Below, in pieces: positions 10,871-25,270 of a DNA stretch of 63,765 nt. A program made the translations under genes and the position numbers. Each line of letters starts with the position of its first letter. The stretch's first letter is position 1. The stretch is from Schmidtea nova (taxonomy: Eukaryota). Where the stretch lies: NCBI GenBank assembly GCA_044892505.1, contig CM097882.1, positions 274,350,236 through 274,414,000 on the forward strand, written 5' to 3'. Below the pieces are notes generated by a model. That model saw only the letters and a program-made list of their open reading frames with translations. It ran no database searches and was not told the DNA's origin.

Positions 10871-11589
10871 ACACGATGAAGATTCCAGCAATATTCTAAA
10901 TTAGAGATTGATAAGAATTATTTCATAATCCATAATTTTCACTTAATAAATAATTTAATTATTTCATTTATTAAAATAAATAATTTAAATATTAAAATAA
11001 ATAAACGAATTAAATTATAAATATTCCTATTTAATGAATAGAATACATAAGCGTAAAACAAAAATAGTATAAATAGAAGCTGAAAAATCATAAAATTAAC
11101 TTTAATTTTGCTAACGGTCATTGATTTGAAGTTTTCTCGCTTTCCAGCCCACATCGGTATTGGAATTGATCACTCTAGTGGAATGGAATAAGTATGTGTT
11201 ATTGTTTGAATAACTAATAATTCAGAAGTTTTTATGTAATAAATATTTTGAATCTGGTTTTTGGTTAATGCTCTGTATCATTTGATTGTCCTGATTAAAC
11301 TGATCTAGGAAGAGCTCTGACGGCCCTCCGGTTATGAGTTCCTGATCGGGTGGAGAATCTTGAACCGAACAATCTGGTCGAGTCCTCAGATCATTGTTTT
11401 ATTAAATTACACAGATCGATTGGGGAAAAGGTAATAAGGAATGTAATAGAGAATTGAACCAGGATGTATAAGCGGAATGCTATTTAAGATATTTTTGGGA
11501 ATTATTAGGTGCAGATGTTAGATAGAAGAAGCAGAAGCTATAAAAAGTCACGAGTTGATAAAATTTAAATACCTTTGATAGTAAACAGT

Positions 11590-11768
11590 TTCTATCGGCA
11601 ACAGAAACCCGAAAAATCGAATACAATGAGGAGTAGTTTGGCAACTAAGCTCATCTGCTCATCAAAATTTCGCACCACTGTGTACATTACTAACAGATTA
11701 CTAAGGAGTAACTATAGGTATACGAGTAAGGGCGATTTAACAATTTCATAATGGTATATGGGTTAATG
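11590..11768 (+). mobile_element. Diverged fragment of the 3' part of a related long LTR, interrupted by the hAT (resumes 14407-14445)
   Basis: ctatcggcaacagaaacccg...gagtagtttggcaactaagctcatctgctcatc aligns with copy A 3922-3995. After the hAT, ttttaacaacccatgcaca resembles the LTR end. Confidence 0.5.
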
Positions 11769-14398
<2,630 letters not shown>

Positions 14399-14674
14399 GG
14401 TTAATGTAATCCTTAGTAACAACAATTTTTAACAACCCATGCACAAACAATACTGTTGTTTACAAATATGGAAATATTTATAAATTATTCTTAAAAAATA
14501 TTTTTTTTAAAAATCGGGTATTTTAAAATTAATTTATTTAAATTAAAACATAATTTTATTGTTTTAAAAGTTTTTAATATTTTATGTAATTTTATATAAA
14601 TTATCTTTAACAATTATGATAAATTTTTTTTTAAATTGATTATTTTGATTTATATTAGAATCGCTAACTGAAAG

Positions 14675-14715
14675 GCACCTGATGATGAGAAATCGTTTCT
14701 TGAAATATATTGTGC
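14675..14715 (+). ncRNA. Minimal type I hammerhead ribozyme (Penelope type)
   Basis: GCAC-CUGAUGA-U-GAGAAA(UCG)UUUCUU-GAAA-UAUA-UU-GUGC: stem I GCAC/GUGC, both core motifs and a palindromic UAUA replacing stem III. It lies next to the Penelope-associated repeat. Confidence 0.65.
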
Positions 14716-15375
14716 AGAACAAAATTTTGGATTGGCGTTTGTTTTTAATATTATTATTATTTTAACAATAATAAATTAATTAATAAATAAGTAACAAAAT
14801 AAGCCTTTGCTGCAAAAACAATTTTGCTGGAGTATTGGATGGGTTAAAACAAAAATAGAAAATAAACTAAACGCTCTAGGGATTCCTCCGTCCAAGACCT
14901 AACATAAAATGCTTACATATCACACAAGCACCCTCGATCATTTCCCTGTAATAATCGAGTTGGAAATGTGCAAGGTGTTTGAACAATGATGGGCAGGTGA
15001 GCTCTATTGCTAAAACTACTCCCCATTTATGTTCACGGGTTCGTCTTGCTGCCGATATAAGGACTTACGCTTTACCTTTACTTTAATCTATCCGCATTCC
15101 TTATCTTTTAATTCAATTTTTCTTTCAGCCCCCTTCTTTACAATATCAACAGATGATCTTCAATCAATTACAATATGTTATCTCTTTAATGCTCCTATTG
15201 TTTATTATATTTATGTCAATCCTATTGTTAATTATAATGTACATTTAATTTAATTAAATTTTTTAATAAAATACTTTATTTCCAATACTTTATCATGAAA
15301 TAAATACGAAAACAAAAATTATAATCAAACTAAATTTTTATGCACAATTTAATAATACTAAAAATTCTCAAGTCA

Positions 15376-15982
15376 TCATTCAAAATATTTGATAATATCT
15401 TCATCAGTTACTACGAAATCCATTGTCAAATCAATCTCGGGCACTTCCTTTGAGTGTTGGATTAATTGTTGGAGTACTTGCTTTTTCCAGCGACGCTGAC
15501 GCGCGCCCATCTTACTCTTCTTCTTCTTTTTGACCTCTGCAATTGCTACGCTTTTTGGTGTGGTTGATGCTGTCGTTGCTTGAACCCGAGGAGTGTTCAT
15601 CCGTATTCGTTCCTTTTGAACAGCCTGATTTCTCTTCAGCCCAATGCTGATAGGTAATTGGACGGATGAGTTGTTTCAGCTCTTGATTGAGATAAGAAGC
15701 CGTTACCGATTTCAAACACTTCTTCAATTCCATTTTAGTGGCATCGAGTTCCATCTTTAGTTCATCGTTTGCTCGCTGAGAGCGTTGATTTTTGATGATT
15801 TGCGCCTTCATTTGCTCTGGACTAAACCAGCTCTTCTTTAAATTTGATATTGTGAGGTCAGCTTCTTTTATCCTTTCAGATTTTCTCAACATCTCTTTCT
15901 CCAGGCTGCGGATAATGCGCCACGCCTTGTCCAATTCTGTTTGAGGAGTTACTGAGTTGATTGACATTTTTCTAGAATTCAA
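15376..15982 (-). pseudogene. LTR-encoded protein, copy B, one +1 frameshift near 15595
   Basis: ORFs 15512..15982 and 15376..15600 join into one protein homologous to copy A (about 70% identical over the first ~124 aa by hand alignment). Confidence 0.8.
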
Positions 15983-16094
15983 AATGATTTATCAATATGA
16001 ACTTGGGCTTTTGGCTTGAATAACTCTCATAATTTCTACGATTGTTAATTTCTAATTCAGGAAAAGAAATAATATACATATTATAATTTCAACA

Positions 16095-16230
16095 CTGTCG
16101 CTATGTACAGCGATCAGATACATTCACTTGATAATACATTTCATTTATTCACGCCTGTGCTATGTACAGCAATCAGGATAAGGAATTATTAAAATTAACT
16201 AAGATCTACTGCCCTATGTACAGGGTTCAG
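16095..16230 (-). repeat. Hairpin array B in LTR copy B (3 units)
   Basis: Reverse complements read CTGAA-CCC-TGTACATA-GGG-CAG, CTGAT-TGC-TGTACATA-GCA-CAG and CTGAT-CGC-TGTACATA-GCG-ACAG. Confidence 0.85.
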
Positions 16231-16708
16231 GATAAGCAATTATTTTAATTCTCTGTGTTGAATATCTGATCCTTTAGCCTATTGATGGTATTCTACTTGC
16301 GTGGTAGATCACTGAACCACGCTATTAAAGTTATCGATTTTCTTGTTATTTCTCTTGTTCAAAGGTGTATTTTATGCTTAGTTCTAGACTTTATATCTGC
16401 CGCTTTATGCCCACAAACCCCAGATGTGACAATTGAAAAATAGGATACTATTTCGCTAACCAAATGTGAAATCAGATCAATAATAATCACGTCTATTATT
16501 ATCTCAAAATAAATTAAAACTCAAACTTAACTTCAAATTCATAATAATCAAATCTATTATCTTCTCAAAAATCAAACTTCAACTGGTTATACTATCCAGT
16601 GATAAAAACGTTAGAATTCATGGTTAATACAATCCTACCCTCCTCGTGGCGCTTTACACCAGTCGGACGGCCTAACTGTACGGAGCAGTCTTCTACTCGG
16701 CACACTAT

Positions 16709-17000
16709 GCCTCCTTTTCACCGATTTCACGATGTTCAGGAGCCCCTTGAATAATATGTATATATCTACAGTAACTACTCTACATAAATAATATATATTC
16801 GCCTCCGTCCACCGATTACACAGTGGAAGAAGCTCGACCAAAAAATGCTCATAAATAATATAACTCATGCCTAATTATTCACTGAATATAATAATGTTGC
16901 CTCCTTCCACCGATTACACGGTGGAAGAAGCTCAATAAAATATCAATACACGTTTAAATATCTTCGTCTCCTTCCACCGATTACACAGTGGAAGAAGCTT
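16709..17000 (-). repeat. Hairpin array A in LTR copy B (3 full units + 1 variant)
   Basis: gcctccttccaccgattacac(a/g)gtggaagaagctc-type units at 16801, 16899 and 16966; variant at 16709-16745. Confidence 0.85.
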
Positions 17001-19249
17001 AAATAATTCTAAATTCAAAAAATAAATCATATATAAAATTTCATAAATTTTAATTATCTTTACACAATGGTGACAGAAATCATGATTAACATAACAATAA
17101 AAAGAAAATCAAATATACCTTCAAATTGCTGCACAAAATTTTCAAGATTTTAACAGTAAAATTTTATCGTAATTATCTGAATCTGGATCAGTATTTATAC
17201 TGACCAGATCAAATTTTGAACCAATCAGCTTGAAGCTGATCATCAGACCAATACAAATAATAAATTTTATTAAAAAATAAAATCGATTTATTTTGTTTTA
17301 AATAGCTAACTTTTCTTGTTTTGATTTCTAGAATTTTATTAATTCTTTTTTCTTTATTACTTATTTATTTCACTTTCTTTTTATTTAAATATAATTACAT
17401 ATCATTCTTCTTAACACTTTTGACAGTTTCAATTCTATTTCTTCTAATTCTTTTAATATTCTTAATATCTTTTAATACTTTTAATTCATTTTTTCTGAAA
17501 TTTCTCGTAATTATATTAATATTAATTTATTCCTATTTATTTCTTAATGTTATTATTTTTACATCTAACTGTTGACCAAATGGTGGATCCAACAATTTTC
17601 TCACTTAATAAAATTGTTTTTGCAGCAAAGGCTTATTTTGTTACTTATTTATTAATTTATTTAATACTTAATGCTGCTACCAAGGAATCACCATTTTATA
17701 CTATAACAATAATAAAAATAATAATAATTATTATTAAATAATTATTAAATATCAAAATAAGCCTTTCCTGGAAAATTTTCACATAATAAAAAAATTTGCA
17801 GAAAAGACTTATTTTGTTAATTATTATTTATTTAATATTTAATTAATGCTGCTACCAAGAAATCATCATTTTATATTATTATTATTTTTATTAATATTAT
17901 TATTAAAATTATGAATAAAATTTTCTCATAAAATATTAAAATTTATGACCAATGTAAAATGCATTGTGGGTATACACTCCAACACATATTGTAGAAATTT
18001 GTTTTTCATTATACATGGATATTAAAATTATACGTTTATTAAAATTACAAATAAACAGATAATTTTGAGTGGTTTTAATTTAAATATCTGATTTGCAGCG
18101 GAAGCATATACTATCTGAAAAATATTTAGAACCATTAATTTAGTTATTTAAAAATAGTTTATAAATAAAATCAATTCTTTTATGAATTTCGGATGACTGT
18201 TTGATTAAAATAAAGTTTTGTTAATTGTTAAACATTAGACTATATAAAATAGCAAACACACATACATACTCTAACACAACACGCACCCCAGCTGTCCCAA
18301 AACAATTTCAAAGGAGACTCGACTGGGCTCGACAGTTTCCTTATATATACAGTCTTTAACAATTATGTTGAGATTCCTAGAATCTAAATTTGATGATTCG
18401 TATATAAAAAACACAAATCCTGCTTACTAAGTTTTATTTATCTATTACAATATTTTACAAGCTGATAAAAATTACCTTTTCATAAAAATGAAATTTTTAA
18501 CAATATATATGTATATATACACTCGTGTTTATAAGTGTTATGTAAGTGAATGCAGTGTTCTGACCTAGGATGTGTAAACTTTGCATGCTCTAATTTATTT
18601 TACAAATGTCGTCTACCGAAATTGTAGCTCTTCTTAGATTATAAGATTTAGGGAGTTATTTAACTGAAAAATCAGTCAGTTTATATACTAATTTTTAAAG
18701 CACTTAATCTGCCAATAATGATTGTTATTTTTCTACTTCAGTTGATTGAAATTGTTTTCAAAACAGAATTGTTTTTAACCTTGGAATTATTTCATTTTGC
18801 TGACTTTGTAGGTCATAAATATAATTTATTTAAACAAACAGTAATTTATTTATTTTAGTTTATTTAAACAATCAGTATTAATACACACTTGATAAAGGCT
18901 GCACCTAAATATTGTGTACTTATTTAAAGAAATTTTGATCAATAGTCAAATCAATGGGAATAATTGATATTAATATTTTATTTTTATTATTATTTTTAGT
19001 AATATTGCTATAATTTATTTTTTTTGAATTAAAACATAAATCAAAATATAAACCATTTTACAAATAGTTAAAAAAATTAATTTACATAAAATATTTTCAA
19101 AACGAAATATTCTTTTAAAATCACATAAAATTTTATCATTAATTGTGTCCACCGCCATAAGATAAAAAAATGTCAATAAATGTTCACAAGATCACAAATT
19201 GTAAATTGATAAATTATCATAATTATATTGTCAAAAATTAAATTATCAT

Positions 19250-19700
19250 TCGATCCATTGTATGATCTTGATTGCCGTCCACATATACATTATTCTATAT
19301 TTTAATTCCTCTTCTGTAGTCACCTTTAATTTTGAATGTGTCGAATATTCTTGCTGCATCTAACAATTATATGCTTGGGTTGGGTCAATAAGTCACTGGA
19401 TTCAATTCCGGATGAAATCGAGTTTCTTACATGGTACTAAGTTTAAAAAGCTTCTGGCACTGGAAATCGCATCGAATACTACAACAAGATTTTATTTTAA
19501 TCAGTAAGTTAACCAAATCCAAAAACCAAAGGAAGATTTATTTATGATCATTTGGTTCAAATACTTGTAACACCTTTAGATTGGAAATGTGGAATGAATA
19601 GAGTCAGACCAGTTTAATAACTATGGAGATATACCAAATTACCATCAGAATGAACTGATTTGTCAAATTCTCATGGTAAATGTTCATGATCACATTGAAT
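19250..19700 (-). pseudogene. Possible Tc1/IS630-type DDE transposase remnant
   Basis: Minus-strand FHPELNPV and EEELKYRIMYMW resemble the DDE_3 C-terminal motif, but the sequence is highly degenerate. Confidence 0.3.
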
Positions 19701-19973
19701 CTGAAATAATCAAGTATTATAATTAATTTTTTCATTAAATTTATATAAATATCCTTATAATAGCTGTACTATCTCGGCAATAATTATAGGGACAGTTAGT
19801 TAAAAATGCAAAGAAAAAAAGGCAATGAATTATTTAATGAAATAACAAATACTGATTAAAATAGTGAAAACAGTGGGATAAATTAATATTTGGTAGGAAA
19901 ACAATACAATAATTTCCATATTGATTTTTGTAAGACTCTAAATTAAAAATAATTTTTTATTTGGTACAAAATA

Positions 19974-21134
19974 AGTAGTAGGAAGTGAGCCCGCCAGATA
20001 TAGGTCAAGACCCCCCCCCTAGAAAATTTTTTTTATGTAGGTCAAATTTATGTAGGTCAATTTAAGGTCAAATTTTTTGCTTAAGGACACTTTAAGGACA
20101 CTTTAAGGACACTTTAAGGTCAAATTTTTTGCTTAAGGTCACTTTGAGGACACTTTAAGGTCAAAAAAGTAGGTCAAGGTCGTTTCAGGGACACTTTAAG
20201 GTGAGTTTAAGGTCAAATTTATGGTTTAAGGACACTTTAAGGACAAAAAAGTAGGTCAAGGTCGTTTTAAGGACACTATAAGGTCAAAAAGAATGCCAAT
20301 TTAAGGTCACGATAAGGACAAATTAAGTAGGTCAAATATTTTTAAGGTGAATTTAAGGTTAAAATAAGTAGGTCAAATATAATTTTCAAATTTTTTCTAT
20401 GTCAGAAAAAAGTAGGTCAAATATTTTTAAGTTGCTATGACAACGAATAAGTAGGTCAACTTTATTTTTTCAAAATTTGGTAGTTGCTATGACAACGAAT
20501 TAAGTAGGTCAATAATAATTTTGAAAATTTTTCTATGTCAGAATTAAGTAGGTCAAATATAAAAACTTAAAAATTTTTTTATGTCAGAAAAAAGTAGGTC
20601 AACTTTATTTTTTCAAATATTTTTCTATGTCAAAAATAAGTAGGTCAACTTTATTTTTTCAAAAATTTTTCTATGTCAGAAAAAAGTAGGTCACGAAAAT
20701 TTTTCTATGTCAGAAAAAAGTAGGTCTCAAAAATATTTCTATGTCAGAAATAAGTAGGTCAACTTTATTTTTATAAAAATTTTCCTGTGTCAGAATTAAG
20801 TAGGTCAAATATAAAATTATTCAAAGTTATAATATATTTAAAATATTTTCTATGTCGGAATTAAGTAGGTCAATTTAAGGTCAATGTGAGGACGAAATAA
20901 GTAGGTCAATTTAAGGTCAAGGTGAGGACAAATTAAGTAGGTCAATAATAATAATTTCTAAAATTTTTTCTATGTAAAAATATAAGTAGGTTAATAATAA
21001 ATTTCGAAATTTTTCAAAGTCAGAATTAAGGGTACATTCAGGGTACTATAAGGTCAACAAAGTAGGTAAAATATATTTTTTCTGTCAGAAAAAAGTAGGT
21101 CACGAACAATTTTTCTATGTCAGAAATAAGTAGG
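19974..21134 (+). repeat. Left terminal inverted repeat, rich in AAGTAGGTCA and TTAAGG(T/A)CA units
   Basis: Reverse complement of ~36990-38108; roughly 20 GTAGGTCA-type motifs by eye. Confidence 0.93.
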
Positions 21135-21674
21135 NNNNNNNNNNNNNNNNNNNNNNNNNNNNNNNNNNNNNNNNNNNNNNNNNNNNNNNNNNNNNNNNNN
21201 NNNNNNNNNNNNNNNNNNNNNNNNNNNNNNNNNNNNNNNNNNNNNNNNNNNNNNNNNNNNNNNNNNNNNNNNNNNNNNNNNNNNNNNNNNNNNNNNNNNN
21301 NNNNNNNNNNNNNNNNNNNNNNNNNNNNNNNNNNNNNNNNNNNNNNNNNNNNNNNNNNNNNNNNNNNNNNNNNNNNNNNNNNNNNNNNNNNNNNNNNNNN
21401 NNNNNNNNNNNNNNNNNNNNNNNNNNNNNNNNNNNNNNNNNNNNNNNNNNNNNNNNNNNNNNNNNNNNNNNNNNNNNNNNNNNNNNNNNNNNNNNNNNNN
21501 NNNNNNNNNNNNNNNNNNNNNNNNNNNNNNNNNNNNNNNNNNNNNNNNNNNNNNNNNNNNNNNNNNNNNNNNNNNNNNNNNNNNNNNNNNNNNNNNATCT
21601 TATAAAAAATGGAACAATCAAAAACTAAAATTTAAATTACTAACATTTATTAAATAACATTTATAAAATAACAT

Positions 21675-22142
21675 TTATGCATATCGTGCACTGTCAATTC
21701 TCCAAATTGGAGTTATAACATCTTTTGTATCTACTTTATAACCCTGAATAATTATATTAATGAACCAGTGTTCTTGATCCTTGTATTCGATTGATTGGAA
21801 TGCATCATGAAAACGAGTTTTTCTGTTGTTGATGTATATTGTTTCTTTGCAACTTAAATTTTTATTGATTTTCAATAAAATTTTATTTAGTGCAACAACA
21901 TCTTCTTTAGATATATTTGCAGCTAAACTGTCATACAATGATTTTGTTAATTTAACCGGATACAATAATCTAAAAGGTATTTCTTCTACCAAGAAATAAA
22001 TTTTATAGTCATAATACATTTGGACTGGTTTGACTTCTGTCTTGATTTTTCTTTTAATTCCTTCTTTCTTGTTTTCTTCCCCATTGATTGGGTTGTTAAA
22101 AATATTATCATAAGTAGGAAAATTTTCTTTGTAAGATTGCAT
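21675..22142 (-). CDS. Polinton accessory protein, 155 aa; possibly a ssDNA-binding OB-fold
   Basis: Intact ORF with a TATAAATA about 45 nt upstream. The C-terminal WFINIIIQGYKVDTKDVITPIWRIDSARY pattern is reminiscent of viral SSBs (inference). Confidence 0.6.
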   Translation of the reverse strand: MQSYKENFPTYDNIFNNPINGEENKKEGIKRKIKTEVKPVQMYYDYKIYFLVEEIPFRLLYPVKLTKSLYDSLAANISKEDVVALNKILLKINKNLSCKETIYINNRKTRFHDAFQSIEYKDQEHWFINIIIQGYKVDTKDVITPIWRIDSARYA

Positions 22143-22688
22143 TTTAATAATTGTGACATTATCTAAAAAATAGCTTTGTATTTATAGTCATGAGTTTATG
22201 TCTTTGTCCAATGAAAATGAAGCATTCACATTGTGTGTTATGGATGTGTGTATGTTATGCGTGTGTGTATGTCTTTGTTACATGTTTTTTGTCGAATGTG
22301 TGTATGTCTTTGTTACATGTTTTTGTCACATGTGTATCTTTGTCACATGTGTATCTTTGTCACATGTATTAAATAATTGATCATGTGTGCGTATTTTTAT
22401 TTAGTTAAATGTTTTATTTAATGTCTTTATTTAAAATGTTTATGTATTTAGTTAATATTTATATTTCTTTATAAGTCAAATTGTTTTAATAATGAAAACC
22501 TCTATATTAAGAAAAACATTACTATTTAAAAAAAATAAACTAAAACCTGAACTTTAATATAAATTTATAAACAAACTAAAATACTAATACTAATAAATTT
22601 ATTAAATGAAAACTAAAAAAGGTAATTATAACACACAAAAACATAAATAATAACAATAAAAATAACATAAAACATAAAATATATACAA

Positions 22689-23210
22689 TTATTTCTGTGG
22701 TGATGATTGATTGCAATCTATCATTTCACGATTGCATTCTTCGTAATCTGGAAGATCATCGGTAATCTTGCGATGACATTCCTCACAATTAGGTGATTCT
22801 GGCGAATCGCCGCATTGTGACAATTTATCACATTGAATCGATTCGTCTGTAGGACCCGAACAATCAGCGGATCCATTGTAATCAGGAGTACTATTGGGCC
22901 ATATTTTAGGTTCTTCTTCTTCTTTTGAGGATTCTAATTCGAATCTTTTTAGTTCCGTCCGCAAAATCCATATACAGAACCTCTCAATTCGGTCAGTACA
23001 ATGACCGCATTGATAGGCACACAGGATGTGCTCGGCCATGAAAGGGATTTCGACATTTAGATTTGCGAGGTGGTCCAGCAATATTTGATTAATATCTATT
23101 CCCGTAATACACTGGATCTTATACGGGAGTAGTTCCGGTGCTGTGTAAGTCAGCTGCGTCATCAAATTGGGGAATATTTCTTCCAGTTTTCTGTATAATA
23201 CAGCCATCAT
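22689..23210 (-). CDS. Polinton orphan protein, 173 aa, Cys-containing with acidic C-terminal half
   Basis: Intact ORF (CAYQCGHC; CEECH). A possible upstream ATG micro-exon with a GTAAAT...AG intron lies at ~23211-23263. Two CCAAT boxes at ~23372 and ~23426. Confidence 0.6.
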   Translation of the reverse strand: MMAVLYRKLEEIFPNLMTQLTYTAPELLPYKIQCITGIDINQILLDHLANLNVEIPFMAEHILCAYQCGHCTDRIERFCIWILRTELKRFELESSKEEEEPKIWPNSTPDYNGSADCSGPTDESIQCDKLSQCGDSPESPNCEECHRKITDDLPDYEECNREMIDCNQSSPQK

Positions 23211-23457
23211 CTTTTCTAAAAAAGTAAATTATAAAAAATGTAAACAAGTAATTTTTTAATTTACCATTTTTGAGTTTTGTCGATGTGAGACTCATTTTAG
23301 ATATAAATTATCACAAAATGTTCATGGTACGATAGTAACACACACAACATATATGAAATAATACACACATAACCAATCAGATTCGAGTGCACGTAATATG
23401 TCTTTATCTGATAAATACATACACAGCCAATCAGAATCGTGCATTACTATTGTAGGT

Positions 23458-23943
23458 TTATTGCAAACATGAGTCACATGATAATAAAAAATCTAAAAAG
23501 TCTTTATCTTCAATAATTGATTTTATATCGATAATAATACTATCAACTATATTATAATAATCCCTATTTTTTAACCCTAATATCACTACTTTACCGCTTG
23601 CAAATATATTAACACACATAGGATTATATTTTATATATCTCAAAGCTGGAAATATTTCTGGCTCGTAAACACAATCCATTAATTTAGCTAAAACATTTAA
23701 ATTACAACTAAATCCCAAGTCTACCGTTACAGTAATTGATTGTATTTTTAAATCATAAATCTTTATTTTTTCATCACTAATAAATTCCTTGCATCCCATT
23801 ATTCTAAATCTTCCGGTCTTAAAAAATATTATCGGGTACTTACCACTTCTATCAATAATTTGCTGCGGTTTCCCCTTTGGGAAATTCAAGTGAGATACAT
23901 CAGTTTTACCCTTATAATTTATGTTGCTAATCATTACTTTCAT
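23458..23943 (-). CDS. TATA-binding protein (TBP)-like protein, 161 aa
   Basis: Two TBP repeats: ISNINY...IIFFKTGRFRIMGCK and KIQSITVTVDLGFSCNLNVLA...YEPEIFPALRY...NIFASGKVVILGLK, compared with canonical KIQN...YEPELFPGLIY...LIFVSGKVVLTGAK. Confidence 0.88.
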   Translation of the reverse strand: MKVMISNINYKGKTDVSHLNFPKGKPQQIIDRSGKYPIIFFKTGRFRIMGCKEFISDEKIKIYDLKIQSITVTVDLGFSCNLNVLAKLMDCVYEPEIFPALRYIKYNPMCVNIFASGKVVILGLKNRDYYNIVDSIIIDIKSIIEDKDFLDFLLSCDSCLQ

Positions 23944-24030
23944 GAATATTTTTTAAATATGAGAACTGTAATGAAAACTATTATTTAAAACAAATATAAA
24001 CAATAATACTAAAATAATAAAATAAAAAAT

Positions 24031-24654
24031 ATGGAATTAAGAAATGATGCAGTGTTTCAAATTGTTGGACCGAGCGGGAGTGGGAAAACTTTATTTGTTT
24101 GTAAATTATTACAATCAAAATTATTTAAATTAAAGTTTAATAAAATTTATTGGCATAGGGGTGCGGATGATGAACATGGAATGACTCAAGATCAATTTTG
24201 TAAAATAAAAATGACTATAATAAAAGGTTTCGATAAAAATTGGTCATCTAGATTACGACAAGGTGATGTGATTATTATTGATGATTTGTACCAAGAAGCA
24301 AATAAAGAAAAGGATTTTAATAATTTATTTACAAAAATCGCTAGACACAAGGGTGTTACAGTTATTTTTATTACTCAGAATTTATTTCATCAGGGTGGTA
24401 GTCATCGAACTCGTAATTTGAATGTTCAATATCTTGTTGTTTTTAAAAATCCTAGAGATGCAACAGTTATTGATTTTCTTGCAAGACAAGCATACCCTTC
24501 TAATCGTAATTTCTTGATTGATGCATTCCAAGATGCCACAAAAGCCCCTCATGGATATCTTTTTCTTGATTTCACGCAACAATGTAGTGATGATTTACGA
24601 GTTAGAACAGATATTTTCAACAAGGAAGGAGCAATGGTTTATAAACAAAGTTAA
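24031..24654 (+). CDS. A32/FtsK-like genome packaging ATPase
   Basis: Walker A GPSGSGKT, Walker B VIIIDD, ARHKG and ITQNLF motifs. Confidence 0.95.
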   Translation: MELRNDAVFQIVGPSGSGKTLFVCKLLQSKLFKLKFNKIYWHRGADDEHGMTQDQFCKIKMTIIKGFDKNWSSRLRQGDVIIIDDLYQEANKEKDFNNLFTKIARHKGVTVIFITQNLFHQGGSHRTRNLNVQYLVVFKNPRDATVIDFLARQAYPSNRNFLIDAFQDATKAPHGYLFLDFTQQCSDDLRVRTDIFNKEGAMVYKQS

Positions 24655-24674
24655 CTGGATGTATATTATCAATC

Positions 24675-25215
24675 ATGTTAATGAAATCTAGAGTAAAGTT
24701 TGAGCGCTTGATAAAGGCTAGAAAAATGAAGAAACCGGGAAAGAAATTAGTTTCAAAGAAAGTATTTACAAAGAAAACAAAGAAACCAGTTTCAAAAACC
24801 AGTTATACACCATCTAAAAAATTACTTATTGATAATATCCCAAAAAGTAATCGTATTCAAAATACTTACAAACCAAATCCGAAACAAATACATCATCGTA
24901 GTTTCCCATTTTTCAATGCATTACTTAAAGCCCCTAGTATTAGAAGAATGAGTATTTTACAATCATTTCCTAATTATGTTATTGACGATTTACTAATGAT
25001 TTATTAAAGTTGTTAGAGGTAAAATCAATATAAGTGAATCTAATAGAAGAGTTTTGAACAAACACAAGAAACCATTGTTATCACTTGTAAAAACCAAAAA
25101 TAGAAAATTAATGCGTAAAATAATATATAAACAACAAGGAGGGTTTATTGCAGCATTGTTACCATTAGCATTATCACTATTAGGAGGTGCTGGTTTATTA
25201 GGAAAACAGTCATAA
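24675..25215 (+). pseudogene. Basic core protein with C-terminal adenovirus pX-like QQGGFIAALLPL motif; one-base insertion near 25000
   Basis: Removing one T in ATGATTTATTAAAG joins the K-rich 110-aa ORF to KVVRG...KQQGGFIAALLPLALSLLGGAGLLGKQS* (179 aa in total). Confidence 0.7.
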
Positions 25216-25270
25216 ACAATGGGACAATCGTTGCCTAATCTTAATTTAAACTTTAAATCTTCTTGTTGTA

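Larger units (their letters stand above)
14825..17594 (-). mobile_element. Long solo LTR (copy B, 2.77 kb), paralogue of copy A
   Basis: In LTR orientation it starts TGTTGGATCC and ends CTCCAGCA; 4-bp TSD ATTT at 14821-14824 and 17595-17598. Same order of promoter, arrays, ORF and polyA signal as copy A. Confidence 0.85.

Noticed and set aside
17225-17250. CUGAUGA followed by a hairpin in LTR copy B as a hammerhead
   Set aside because: No GAAA follows stem II (UUGG instead), and the motif is not kept in copy A.
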